Positions 22,451 through 31,966 of a DNA stretch of 64,000 bases are shown here, in pieces. The notes under the pieces were generated by a model, which worked only from the letters and a program-made list of their open reading frames with translations, was not told where the DNA came from and ran no database searches. Position numbers and translations under genes: made by a program. Within the stretch, counting starts at the first letter, position 1; each line of letters opens with the position of its first letter. Where the stretch lies: positions 32,001-96,000 of the forward strand of contig CAWJSR010000029.1 in NCBI GenBank assembly GCA_963845515.1, read 5' to 3'. The DNA comes from an uncultured delta proteobacterium. GTDB lineage: Bacteria > Myxococcota > Myxococcia > Myxococcales > Anaeromyxobacteraceae.

Positions 22451-23812
22451 ATGGAAAAGATCTGGGCCAAGGACGTCAAGGAGGGCGAGCACGTCAAGTC
22501 GCTCTTTCTCGTCACCCGCAAGGCGACCCTCACCGCGAAGAGCGGCAAGACCTACCTGGCGGTGACCTTCCAGGACAAGACCGGGGAGCTGGAAGGGCGC
22601 GCCTTCGACAAGATCGAGGAGCTCGCCGCCCTCTTCGAGGAGAAGGACGCCGTCGAGGCCGAGGGGACCATCGGCACGTTCCAGGGACGCCCCCAGATCC
22701 GGCTCGAGACCATCGTGAAGGCCGACGCGTCGACGCTCGACCCCACCGACTTCGAGTGGACCCCGCCGCCCGAGCCGAAGAAGCCGGAGAAGCCCGAGCG
22801 CGCCGCCGCAGGCGCCGGCGAGGACGCCCTCTGGACAGAGCTGCTGGCCCTCGTCGACGCCGTGGCCGACGCCAACGTCAAGACGCTCATCAGGGCCTTC
22901 GTCGACGACGACGACGTCGCGGGGCGGCTGCGCCGCGGTGCCGCCGCCAAGACGGTGCACCACGCCTATCCGGGCGGCCTGCTCGAGCACACGGTCTCCT
23001 GCCTCAAGCTGGCACACCGGATCGCCGACCAGTACCCGCAGATCGATCGGGACCTGCTCGTCGCAGGCACCTTCTTCCACGACATCGGGAAGATCCGGGA
23101 GCTCTCGCTGGAGAAGCACGCCGAGTACTCCGACGAGGGGCGCCTGGTCGGCCACCTCGTGATGGCCGCGCAGTGGATCCACGACAAGGCCCGCCGCACC
23201 GGCGTGCCGCGCGAGCTGGAGCACCAGATCGTCCACATCGTCCTCGCGCACCATGGCCGCGTCGAGTACGGCTCGCCGCGCCCGCCGATGACGCTCGAGG
23301 CGATGATCGTCCACTACATCGACGACATCGACAGCCGCGTGAACAGCTGGCTCAACCTGATGGGGCGCGAAGGCGGAAACCGCCGCTGGACCGACTCCAA
23401 CAACGTCTACGAGCAGCCGATCTGGCGGGGGGCGCTCCCGACGACGCAGGTCGAGAAGAAGGGGCCTCCGCCCGAGATCCTGACGCCCGTCATCTACGTC
23501 CCCCGCGAGGGCTCCCGGCAGTCGCGGCCGGAGGGGTCCCGCAAGCAGCAGCCCCAGAAGCCGAAGGCCCCCCGTCAGTCCCAGGAGGCGCGGAAGGCGG
23601 CTGCAGTTGCGGCGCCTGCCCGCGCCGAGGACGGGGCGGAGGTGAAGGCGGAGGCGAAGCCAGACGCGGCCGCGCCGCGCGCGGATCGCCCTCCACGCAC
23701 GGACCGTCCCCCGGATCGCGGCGGCTTCCGCGGCGGTCACGGCGGCCCAGGCGGAGCAGGCGGCTTCGGCGACAAGAAGCGCGGCTACATCGGGGCCGCG
23801 CCTCCCCGGTGA
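22451..23812 (+). CDS. YhaM/Cbf1-family OB-fold plus HD 3'-5' exoribonuclease; the true C-terminus probably extends to about 24049
   Basis: HHAYPGGLLEH, HDIGK, GHL and AHHG; a shifted frame continues with KKLTHNPFAALAAKLE. Confidence 0.85.
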   Translation: MEKIWAKDVKEGEHVKSLFLVTRKATLTAKSGKTYLAVTFQDKTGELEGRAFDKIEELAALFEEKDAVEAEGTIGTFQGRPQIRLETIVKADASTLDPTDFEWTPPPEPKKPEKPERAAAGAGEDALWTELLALVDAVADANVKTLIRAFVDDDDVAGRLRRGAAAKTVHHAYPGGLLEHTVSCLKLAHRIADQYPQIDRDLLVAGTFFHDIGKIRELSLEKHAEYSDEGRLVGHLVMAAQWIHDKARRTGVPRELEHQIVHIVLAHHGRVEYGSPRPPMTLEAMIVHYIDDIDSRVNSWLNLMGREGGNRRWTDSNNVYEQPIWRGALPTTQVEKKGPPPEILTPVIYVPREGSRQSRPEGSRKQQPQKPKAPRQSQEARKAAAVAAPARAEDGAEVKAEAKPDAAAPRADRPPRTDRPPDRGGFRGGHGGPGGAGGFGDKKRGYIGAAPPR

Positions 23813-24063
23813 CAAGGGGCTCCAGGGTCGACCGGCCGAGAAGAAGCTGACGCACAATCCGTTCGCCGCGCTCGCGGCCAAGCTCGAGGGCGGAAAGGCC
23901 GAACAGGCCGCCGAGCCCGCGCCCGAGCCCGCCGCCGAGGCTCCGGCCGCCGAGCCGACGCCCGCAGCGCCGGCCGCTCCGGGCAGCAGGCCTCCGCTCC
24001 AGAGAGCACCACGCCGGACACCAGCTCCGGCGAGACGCCGAGCACGTAGGAACCGCGACCTCT

Positions 24064-24099
24064 CCCTCACCCTTCCCTCTCCCTCAATGAGGGAGAGGG
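24064..24099. repeat. REP-like hairpin or bidirectional terminator between convergent genes
   Basis: CCCTCACCCTT followed by an 11-bp perfect stem CCCTCTCCCTC-AAT-GAGGGAGAGGG (24075-24099). Confidence 0.65.
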
Positions 24100-24105
24100 G
24101 TTGGG

Positions 24106-25596
24106 TTAGCGACTGAACTCGTGCCCCCTGCGCGCGCGGTACGCGCGCAGGTAGAGCCGCTCGTACTCCGCTGCCGAGGCGTCCCAGGAGAAGTCCTGGG
24201 TCATGCCGCGCCGGCGCATGGCCTCGATGTGGTGCGGGCGGTCGTGCCACGTGGAGATGGCCCAGCCGATGGTGTTCGCGAGCGCGTCGGGCGTGAGGTC
24301 TCCGAAGAGGAAGCCGGTCCCCTCCCCCGTCCGCTCGTCGTATCCGCGGACCGTGTCGACGAGCCCTCCCGTGGCGCGCACGACCGGCAGGGTCCCGTAG
24401 CGCAGGCTGTACATCTGGTTCAGGCCGCAGGGCTCGAACCGGGAAGGCATGACGAAGAAGTCTGCTCCAGCCTCTATCCGGTGGCTGAGCGGCTCGTCGA
24501 AGCCGATCCAGGCCTTGAAGCGATCCGGGCGGCGCGCCGCCGCCGCCTTGAAGAAGTGCTCCGCCTCGTGGTCGCCGCTTCCCAGCAGGACGATCTGCGC
24601 GCCCCAGTCGAGCACCCGGTCCAGGCAGTGGGCCAGCACGTCGTACCCCTTCTGCGAGACCATTCGCCCGATCACCCCGAAGAGCGGGCGCCTCGCCTCG
24701 ACGGGGAGCCCCGCCTCGTGCTGCAGGGCCGCCTTGCAGCGCTCCTTCCCCGACAGGTCGCTCACCGAGAAGCGCGCGGGGATCTTCTCGTCTGCCGAAG
24801 GATCCCACTCCCGCACGTCGATCCCGTTCAGGATGCCGACCAGGTCCGCCCCCCGCTCCCGCAGCACGCCGTCGAGGCCGCAGCCGAAGGCCGGGGTCTG
24901 GATCTCCCGGGCGTAGTTGGGGCTGACGGTCGAGAGCAGGTTGGCGTGGCGCACCGCGCCCTTCATGAGGTTGAGCGCGCCGAAGTGCTCGAACTCGGCG
25001 GGGTTGTAGTGCTCCCGCCCGAGCCCGGTGACGAACATCGCGTCCCCGCCGGTCACTCCCTGGTAGGCCAGGTTGTGGATGGAGAAGACGGTGGCGGCGC
25101 CGTGGAGCGGCCTCGCCCACTCGACCGTGTTCACGTAGACCGGCACGAGCGCCGTCTGCCAGTCGTTCGCGTGGATGACGTCCGGCTGGAAGCCGAGCGC
25201 CGTGCAGAGCTCCAGCGCGCCACGCGAGAGGAAGGCGAACCGCTCCAGGTTGTCGCCGTACCCCTCGCCCGGCGGGCCGTAGAGGTGCCCGCGATCGAAG
25301 TACCGGTGGTACTCGAGGAAGTAGACCGGCACGTCGCTGCCAGGCAGCCGCCCGAGCCGGACGCCCGCGCGCGCCATGCCCCACCATGACGGTACGTGAA
25401 CCGCCCCATCCAGCCGCTCCAGCGCGTTCCAGTCCATGCCGGCGTAGAGCGGCATCACCACGCGCACGTCGATGCCGCGAGCCCGGAGGGCCCTGGGCAG
25501 CGAGCCGGAGACGTCGCCGAGGCCGCCGGTCTTGGCGAACGGCGCCGCCTCAGAGGTGACGAACAGGACCCTCAGGGGCCTCGTGGCTTCCGGCAT
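24106..25596 (-). CDS. glgA: Glycogen synthase (GT5)
   Basis: KTGGLGDV, HANDWQTA, SIHNLAYQG, PSRFEPCGLNQ and TGGLVDTV. Confidence 0.95.
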   Translation of the reverse strand: MPEATRPLRVLFVTSEAAPFAKTGGLGDVSGSLPRALRARGIDVRVVMPLYAGMDWNALERLDGAVHVPSWWGMARAGVRLGRLPGSDVPVYFLEYHRYFDRGHLYGPPGEGYGDNLERFAFLSRGALELCTALGFQPDVIHANDWQTALVPVYVNTVEWARPLHGAATVFSIHNLAYQGVTGGDAMFVTGLGREHYNPAEFEHFGALNLMKGAVRHANLLSTVSPNYAREIQTPAFGCGLDGVLRERGADLVGILNGIDVREWDPSADEKIPARFSVSDLSGKERCKAALQHEAGLPVEARRPLFGVIGRMVSQKGYDVLAHCLDRVLDWGAQIVLLGSGDHEAEHFFKAAAARRPDRFKAWIGFDEPLSHRIEAGADFFVMPSRFEPCGLNQMYSLRYGTLPVVRATGGLVDTVRGYDERTGEGTGFLFGDLTPDALANTIGWAISTWHDRPHHIEAMRRRGMTQDFSWDASAAEYERLYLRAYRARRGHEFSR

Positions 25597-25626
25597 CGGT
25601 GAGCGCTCAGTCCCGGGCCCGAGCAC

Positions 25627-27210
25627 TCAGGTCGCGTAGATGCGGTAGTCGACGTCGGGGAAGATGTTGTCCTTCGCTTCGATGTCGGCGACGAACGCCT
25701 CGTCGAGCTTGCCGGCCTTCAGATCCTCGTAGAGCCGGGTGAAGCGGATCGTGTGCTCGTTGACCCGCCGCGTCGCGTAGGAGACGGTCGTGCCGGTCGT
25801 CATGATGAACGGCCAGTCGCTCGACTGCGCCAGCAGCAGCTCGCGCGCCGCCTGGTTGAGCGCGCGCCGCTCCAGCCCTTCGGCGCGCGGACTTCGGCGA
25901 GCGAGCTCCGCCATCCGCTCCGCGGCCACGTGCGTGTGCCGGTAGACCCAGGCGTTGGTCTCGTTGCACCAGTACTCACCGTAACCCTTGAGCCCCCACG
26001 AGGAGGCGCAGGGCGTGGCCACCTGGTTGGTGGAGTGGCGCTCCAGGTAGTCGCCGGGTGTGATCGGCTCCACGGTCTTCTGGTCGAAGTGAAGCTGCCT
26101 GAACAGATCGTTCAAGAAGAGCGGCCCCTCGTACCACCAGTGACCGTAGAGCTCGGCGTCGTACGGGCTGACGACGATCGGCGGCCGATCCATCCCGGCG
26201 GCGAGCGCCTCGATCTGCTTCTCGCGGTTGCCGCGGAAGTGCGCGGCGTGCAGCCCGGCCCTCCCCCGTGCGGCCTCGGGGTCGTAGACCCACTTGTCGT
26301 GAAGGCGATCGTGCGTGATCGCGTGGTACTTGAAGCCAGTGTAGTTGCGCACGCCCGCTGGGTGCAGGTGCGGCCCGATGTAGTCGAGCGGCAGGTCGAA
26401 GCCGATGTCGCGGTAGAAGTCCCTGTACTGCGGATCGCCGGGGTATCCCTCCTTGGCGCTCCAGACCTGCTGGGACGACTCGGTGTCGCGCGCGAAGGCG
26501 GCGACGCCGGTCGGGCAGTAGACCGGGGCGTGGACGCCGAGGAGCGGCGGGCGATCCGCGAAGAGGAGCGCGTGCGTGTCCACCATGAAGTAGCGCACCG
26601 CCGCCTCGCGGAGCAGCTCGTCGCAGCCCGGGACGTACCCGCACTCGCCCAGCCACATGCCCTTCGACCGCTGGCCGAAGTGGCGCTCGTACAGGTCGGC
26701 GGCGACGTGCACCTGCGCCCGCAGGGCGACCCAGTTCCGATCCATCATCGGGAAGAAGGCGTGCGTCGCGGTAGAGGTGATCACCTCGATGCAGCCCGCG
26801 TCCTGGAGCAGCCGGAACGCGCGCACGAGGTCGCCGTCGTGGCAACGCCACGTGTGGCGCAGCGACTGGAAGCGGTCCAGGTACATCTGGGCGAGCCGGT
26901 GGTAGTGGGGCTCGGCGCGCGTCCGCTCGAGCTCCTTCCCGGCCAGCGCGATCAGGTCGTCGAGGTGTGCGGCGTACCGCTCCTTGAGCAGGTCGTCGGT
27001 CAGCATCGAGATGAGCGGCGCGGAGAGCGAGACGGTGACGCGATAGGGGACGCCGTCGGCGGCGAGCCCCTCGAACATCTGGAGCAGCGGCAGGTAGGTG
27101 CCGGTGATCGCCTCGTAGAGCCAGCTCTCCTCCATCACCGTCGGATCTTCCGGGTGACGGACGAAGGGCAGGTGGGCGTGCAGGACGATCGCAAGGTAGC
27201 CGCGTGCCAT
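25627..27210 (-). CDS. GH57 1,4-alpha-glucan branching enzyme (DUF1957 C-terminus)
   Basis: HAHLPFVRHP, WLGECGY, YDAELYGHWWYEG and LAQSSDWPFI. Confidence 0.92.
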   Translation of the reverse strand: MARGYLAIVLHAHLPFVRHPEDPTVMEESWLYEAITGTYLPLLQMFEGLAADGVPYRVTVSLSAPLISMLTDDLLKERYAAHLDDLIALAGKELERTRAEPHYHRLAQMYLDRFQSLRHTWRCHDGDLVRAFRLLQDAGCIEVITSTATHAFFPMMDRNWVALRAQVHVAADLYERHFGQRSKGMWLGECGYVPGCDELLREAAVRYFMVDTHALLFADRPPLLGVHAPVYCPTGVAAFARDTESSQQVWSAKEGYPGDPQYRDFYRDIGFDLPLDYIGPHLHPAGVRNYTGFKYHAITHDRLHDKWVYDPEAARGRAGLHAAHFRGNREKQIEALAAGMDRPPIVVSPYDAELYGHWWYEGPLFLNDLFRQLHFDQKTVEPITPGDYLERHSTNQVATPCASSWGLKGYGEYWCNETNAWVYRHTHVAAERMAELARRSPRAEGLERRALNQAARELLLAQSSDWPFIMTTGTTVSYATRRVNEHTIRFTRLYEDLKAGKLDEAFVADIEAKDNIFPDVDYRIYAT

Positions 27211-27215
27211 CGACG

Positions 27216-28775
27216 TCAGTCCTCCTCATCGGGGTCAGGCCGCTCGGGCGCGGGGTACGCCAGCGGCAGCGCCGAGCCGCCCTCGTCGAGCCGCAGCTCG
27301 CTGGCGCCGGCGAGCCGCCCCTCGCTCCCGCCCGCGTAGCCACCCTCGCTGGCGCCGCCGAGCCGGGACTCGCTCCCGCCCGCGTACTGCCGCTCGCTCG
27401 CGCCGCGCTGCTGCGCCTGGCTCGCACCGGCGAAGAGCTGCTCGGTCGCACCGCGGAAGTGCACCTCGCTGGCGCCGACTCGCCAGCGCTCGCTGGCCCC
27501 TCCCAGCCTGAGCTCGCTCGCCGAGATCCAGCGCCGCTCGCTCGCCCCCGCGGCGACCGACTCCGAGGCGCCGACGCGGAGCGTCGCCCCCCCGCTCCCC
27601 ATGCTGAGCTGGCGTCCGCCCTCGACCGACCACGAGCGGTGGATCTCCCAGGTCCCGATCAGCTCGCGCTCCGAGCGCGTGCCCAGGTTGCGGATGACCA
27701 CCCGCCACGGCCCCTGCACGACGTGCGTCACGTTCCCCGCGCGGTAGGCGAAGCCTCGCCCCTCCCACTCCTCCCGGCGCGGCGGCTCGATCTCCACGGG
27801 ATAGGTGAACGGCCCCGTCTCCCAGGAGGTGAGCACGCGCGGGCTCTCCCACTCGCTCCGCGCTTCGAGCGCGAACCAGCCGTCGCCGCTCGTCTCGCTC
27901 CACTCGACCCGCTCCCAGCCCGACTCGAGCAGCTGGCGCAGCACGACCTCGTGGACGGCGCCGGGGTCCCGCAGGGTCCAGATCGGGATCGGCTCGGACC
28001 CCGGCTCCGCCCTGCCGTCCTGGCGTGGCGCGCCAGCCCCGCGGGCGCCTGCCGGCGAGCGGTGCACGTCGGCGACCTCACCGCTCCAGGGCCGGACGGT
28101 CATCCACTCGGGGTCGCTCCAGGGGGCCGGCTCGCGCCTGGGGAAGTCCACGCGGCCGGAGCGGACGATCCTCGCGAAGAACCCCTCCGCCGACTTCATT
28201 CCGATCTCGACGAAGGCCGTGGAGGTGGGCTTGCCGATGTCGAAGAACCACTGCCGGGTGGCGCGTTCCACGGGGTGGTCGAAGTAGCTGCGCGCGTTGG
28301 TGCCGTCGAAGATTAGCCCGCTGGTGTCGTACACGCGGAGCACCAGCCAGCCGCCGGCGCCTCCCGGACCGAGCGCAGTCCGCGCCCGCTCGATCGCCGG
28401 ATCGGTCACCTCCCAGTAGACGAAGAGCCGGTCGGGATCGACCGCCGCGGCGGTGATCCGATCGACGCCGTAGCTCCACGGGATGGTGGCCGGCTGCTCG
28501 CGCGTGTCCGCCTCGGGCCCCAGCGCGAGCTTGGCGGTCGCGACGGGATCCTGCTCCGCGACGACGGAGTCACGCCTCACCTCGACGGCGGCCGCCGCGG
28601 GCGCCTCGACCTCAACCGGCGCCCGGGCCGGCTTGCGCCTGACGCCCTTGGTGGCCGGCGTAGCCGGCTTCTTCCCCTCGACCGGCGTCGCGGCCTTCTT
28701 CCCCCTGGCCGGCGTCGTGGCCTTCTTCCCCTTGATGGGGGTCGCGGCCTTCGCTGGCTTTGCCTTCGCAGCCAT
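27216..28775 (-). CDS. DUF4912-domain protein with Lys-rich N-terminal repeats and C-terminal GASE repeats
   Basis: YGVDRI..VDPDRLFVYWE and LRVYDTSG; lies upstream of GH57 as is typical of DUF4912. Confidence 0.8.
   Translation of the reverse strand: MAAKAKPAKAATPIKGKKATTPARGKKAATPVEGKKPATPATKGVRRKPARAPVEVEAPAAAAVEVRRDSVVAEQDPVATAKLALGPEADTREQPATIPWSYGVDRITAAAVDPDRLFVYWEVTDPAIERARTALGPGGAGGWLVLRVYDTSGLIFDGTNARSYFDHPVERATRQWFFDIGKPTSTAFVEIGMKSAEGFFARIVRSGRVDFPRREPAPWSDPEWMTVRPWSGEVADVHRSPAGARGAGAPRQDGRAEPGSEPIPIWTLRDPGAVHEVVLRQLLESGWERVEWSETSGDGWFALEARSEWESPRVLTSWETGPFTYPVEIEPPRREEWEGRGFAYRAGNVTHVVQGPWRVVIRNLGTRSERELIGTWEIHRSWSVEGGRQLSMGSGGATLRVGASESVAAGASERRWISASELRLGGASERWRVGASEVHFRGATEQLFAGASQAQQRGASERQYAGGSESRLGGASEGGYAGGSEGRLAGASELRLDEGGSALPLAYPAPERPDPDEED
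27288..27575 (-). repeat. Twelve tandem 24-bp (8-aa) coding repeats, consensus x-G-A-S-E-x-x-x
   Basis: VGASESVA AGASERRW ISASELRL GGASERWR VGASEVHF RGATEQLF AGASQAQQ RGASERQY AGGSESRL GGASEGGY AGGSEGRL AGASELRL. Confidence 0.9.
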
Positions 28776-28939
28776 CTCGCCCCTCGTAATTTCGGAAGGT
28801 GAAACCCATACCTCGTCGGCGCGTCGACGGAAACGCCCATCGGTCCCGCGACCCAGTAAAGCGCTCCAGGCGCCGCTTGCCCGGCACGGCACCCAAGCGG
28901 GGCGAGCCGGCCCCGCCTGCGGAGCGTACAATCCGCATC

Positions 28940-29692
28940 GTGCCAACCGTCGCCCTCTTCGTCCCCTGCTACGTCGACCAGCTATACCCCTCCGTCGCGA
29001 CCGCCACGCTCAGGCTGCTCGAGCGGTACGGCTGCGAGGTCGTCTTCCCCGAGGATCAGACCTGCTGCGGCCAACCCATGGCCAACGCCGGGGCGGCCGA
29101 CGCCGCGCGACCGCTCGCGGAGCGCTTCCTCGAGGTCTTCTCGCCGCCCCGGTACGAGTACGTGGTCGCGCCCTCGGGGAGCTGCGTCTCGATGGTGAAG
29201 CACCAGTACCGCGACCTGCTCCCAGGCCACCCTGAGTTGGAGCGAGTGGCGTCCCGCACCTTCGAGCTCTGCGAGTTCCTGCACGACGTGCTCGAGGTCA
29301 GGAAGGTCGACGGCCGCTTCCCGCGCGTCGTCGGCCTCCACCGCAGCTGCCACGCCCAGCGCGAGCTACGGCTCGCGAGCGGGAGCGAGCGGCGCGTCCC
29401 ACCCTTCGACAAGGTGAAGACGCTCCTCTCGTCGCTCGACGGGATCCGCCTGGTGGAGCCGACGCGCACCGACGAGTGCTGCGGCTTCGGCGGGACCTTC
29501 GCCGTCACCGAGGAGGCCGTCTCCTGCATGATGGGGCGCGACCGGCTCGCCGACCACGAGAAGGCCGGCGCCGAGGTGATCACCGGCGTCGACATGAGCT
29601 GCCTGATGCACCTCGACGGCCTCGCGCGCCGGGAGAAGCGCGCCGTCCGGATCCAGCACGTCGCCGAGCTGCTGCTCGGGGAGGCGCCATGA
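28940..29692 (+). CDS. lutA: LutA/YkgE CCG-domain Fe-S protein (lactate utilisation)
   Basis: FVPCYVDQ, QTCCGQP, SGSC, SCH, ECCGFGGTF and DMSCLMH. Confidence 0.9.
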   Translation: MPTVALFVPCYVDQLYPSVATATLRLLERYGCEVVFPEDQTCCGQPMANAGAADAARPLAERFLEVFSPPRYEYVVAPSGSCVSMVKHQYRDLLPGHPELERVASRTFELCEFLHDVLEVRKVDGRFPRVVGLHRSCHAQRELRLASGSERRVPPFDKVKTLLSSLDGIRLVEPTRTDECCGFGGTFAVTEEAVSCMMGRDRLADHEKAGAEVITGVDMSCLMHLDGLARREKRAVRIQHVAELLLGEAP

Positions 29693-29772
29693 GCCGCACC
29701 CGGCGCGCGCCGCTCGGCGCTCACCCCGAGAGCTTCCGCGACCTCTACCGGAGGACGCATGGCCGCCCGTGA
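29689..29772 (+). pseudogene. Probable internally deleted lutB/ykgF remnant (27 codons)
   Basis: MSRTRRAPLGAHPESFRDLYRRTHGRP sits in the lutB slot and overlaps the lutA stop and lutC start; ESFRDLY resembles LutB C-termini. Confidence 0.55.
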
Positions 29773-30352
29773 GGCGATCCTGGCGGCGCTCCGCCGCGCC
29801 GCCCGCCAGCCCGTTCCGCACCCCACGCTCGAGGGCGTGGGCGCGCGCTACCCGGATCTAGCCGGCCGCTTCGCCGAGGCGGTCGCCGCCGTGGCGGGGA
29901 GCTGCGTCCGCGTCCCGGACCTGGCGGCCGCCGCGGCGGCGCTCGACGCCCTGCCCCTGCGTCGCGACGCCAAGCGGGTCGTCTCCCTCGTCCCCGGCCT
30001 CGGCGCGCCCACCGAGGACGCGGCGACGGCGAGCGACCCCCACGCGCTCGAGGGGCTCGACCTGGCCATCCTCCCCGGGACGCTGGGCGTGGCCGAGAAC
30101 GGCGCGATCTGGGTCGAGGGGAGCGCCCTGCCCCACCGGGCGCTGGTGGTCGTCCCGGAGCACCTGGCCGTGGTCCTGTCCGCCGCCGACCTGGTGGCCG
30201 ACTTCCACGACGCCTACGCGCGGATCGACCTGGCCGGCAAGCCGCGCTTCGGCCTCTTCCTGGCCGGTCCCTCCAAGACCGCCGACATCGAGCAGGCGCT
30301 GGTGATCGGCGCCCACGGGGCGCGCAGCCTCACGGTCCTGCTCGTCGGCTAG
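29759..30352 (+). CDS. lutC: LutC/YkgG LUD-domain protein
   Basis: GVAENGAIW and AGPSKTADIEQALVIGAHG. Confidence 0.9.
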   Translation: MAAREAILAALRRAARQPVPHPTLEGVGARYPDLAGRFAEAVAAVAGSCVRVPDLAAAAAALDALPLRRDAKRVVSLVPGLGAPTEDAATASDPHALEGLDLAILPGTLGVAENGAIWVEGSALPHRALVVVPEHLAVVLSAADLVADFHDAYARIDLAGKPRFGLFLAGPSKTADIEQALVIGAHGARSLTVLLVG

Positions 30353-30368
30353 CGGGCGCGCCGCTCCC

Positions 30369-31145
30369 CTACCCCAGCCGGAAGAGCCGCCTCACGTTCG
30401 CGGTGGTGACGCGAGCGACCTCCTCCGGCGTCGTCCCCCAGACCTCGGCCACCTTCGCGGCGACGTGCGCGACGTACGCCGGCTCGTTGCGCTTGCCGCG
30501 GAAGGGGATCGGCGCGAGGAACGGGCTGTCCGTCTCGACGAGGAGCCGCTCGCGCGGCGTGATCCTCACCGCGTCGCGGATCGGCTCGCCCGTCTTGAAG
30601 GTCGCTATACCGGAGACGGAGATGTACAGCCCGAGATCCAGGTAGGTGCGGGCCGCGGCCGCGTCGCCGGTGAAGCAGTGGACCACCCCGCCCTCCGCCG
30701 GGATCCCCTCCTCGCGCAGGCAGCGCAGGCACGGCTCGTCCGCCTCGCGGATGTGGATCACGATCGGCTTGCCGACCTCGCGCGCGAGCCGGAGCGACCG
30801 CCGGAAGGCAGCCTCCTGCACCGGGCGCGGCGAGCGGTCGTAGTGGAAGTCGAGCCCCATCTCGCCGATCGCGACGACGTGCGGGTCGCGCGCGAGCCGG
30901 CCGAACGCTTCCCAGTCCCCCTCCGGCACCTGCGCCGCCTCGTGCGGGTGGATCCCCACGGTCGCGGAGAAGAAGGAGGGATCGCGCGCGGCAAGCTCCA
31001 GCGCGTTGCCGAAGTCCCCCGGCCGGCGCCAGAGCCCGACGCAGACGATCCGCTCGAGCCCCGCGGCCTTCGCGCGGGCGACGACGCCGTCGAGGTCGTC
31101 GGTGAAGTCTTCGAAGTCGAGGTGTGCGTGGGAGTCGATCAGCAT
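30369..31145 (-). CDS. tatD: TatD-family deoxyribonuclease
   Basis: DSHAHLD, GIHPH, GEMGLD, HCF and ETDSPFLAP. Confidence 0.94.
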   Translation of the reverse strand: MLIDSHAHLDFEDFTDDLDGVVARAKAAGLERIVCVGLWRRPGDFGNALELAARDPSFFSATVGIHPHEAAQVPEGDWEAFGRLARDPHVVAIGEMGLDFHYDRSPRPVQEAAFRRSLRLAREVGKPIVIHIREADEPCLRCLREEGIPAEGGVVHCFTGDAAAARTYLDLGLYISVSGIATFKTGEPIRDAVRITPRERLLVETDSPFLAPIPFRGKRNEPAYVAHVAAKVAEVWGTTPEEVARVTTANVRRLFRLG

Positions 31146-31156
31146 CGGTGCCGACT

Positions 31157-31903
31157 CTACCGGAATCGGTAAGCCCCGTCGGTCCCAGCGTCGGCGCGCG
31201 GCGGGAGCCGGTCGCGCTCGAACCTGTCGTAGCCCTCCTTCAGGTTCCGCCAGAAGCCGAGCAAGGCGGCCGAGCCCGCGTACTCGCGCTCCAGCGCCGC
31301 CATGCCGGAGGCGGTGAGCCGCGCGGGGAAGACGTGGACGGGGATCAGCGCCTGGCCGCCGCTCCGCGCCAGGACGGCGGCGACGTAGAGCTCCTCGATC
31401 CGCTCGTCGGTGATGGGGATGCAGCCGATGGTGACGCAGTCGCCGTGGATGTAGATGGCGCCCCCCGGCTGGCGCTCGCCGCGCCGCCGATCGACGGTGT
31501 TCGGGTAGTCGATGCCGAGCGAGAGGTGATAGTTGCTCGCCGGGTTGAAGTGGTTCAGCCGGTAGAAGCCCTCCGGAACCTGCCCGTCCCCCTCGCGTCG
31601 CTTGGGCCCGAGGCGGCCCGACGCCGCGCAGATGGGGTAGCTCTCGATCAGCGCATGCCGCCCGCCGGCCGTCGCGGCCCAGAGCTCCAGCACCCCCTCG
31701 CGCTTGAAGGCGCGCAGGTAGATGGCGGACGGAGGGAACGGAGCCCCCGCGGCGGCGAAGCGCCGTCGCAGCACCCCTTCCCCCGCCGCGAAGGCTGCGC
31801 GGACGCGGGGGATCGAGCGCTGCTCGGCCTCGAAGGAGCGCGCCTCGGCGCGGACGGCCAGGAGGCCGAGCGCCAGCAGCAGCGCTGGTGTGAGCGTTCG
31901 CAC
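31157..31903 (-). CDS. L,D-transpeptidase-family protein (YafK/DpaA-like) with signal peptide
   Basis: GPKRREGDGQVPEGFY, LGIDYPN and IYIHGDCVTIGC. Confidence 0.87.
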   Translation of the reverse strand: MRTLTPALLLALGLLAVRAEARSFEAEQRSIPRVRAAFAAGEGVLRRRFAAAGAPFPPSAIYLRAFKREGVLELWAATAGGRHALIESYPICAASGRLGPKRREGDGQVPEGFYRLNHFNPASNYHLSLGIDYPNTVDRRRGERQPGGAIYIHGDCVTIGCIPITDERIEELYVAAVLARSGGQALIPVHVFPARLTASGMAALEREYAGSAALLGFWRNLKEGYDRFERDRLPPRADAGTDGAYRFR

Positions 31904-31966
31904 CGGTGCAGTAGACGCCGCCGGCCCGACGGGATCCATTTCCAGGCCGAGCGGGCCGCTGGTTGC

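Noticed and set aside
22280..25387. 1035-aa ORF and many similar long overlapping ORFs
   Set aside because: Off-frame or antisense shadows of real genes, expected at very high GC; no motifs.
27288..27575. 24-bp periodic repeats as a CRISPR array
   Set aside because: In-frame coding repeats with no unique spacers and no cas genes.
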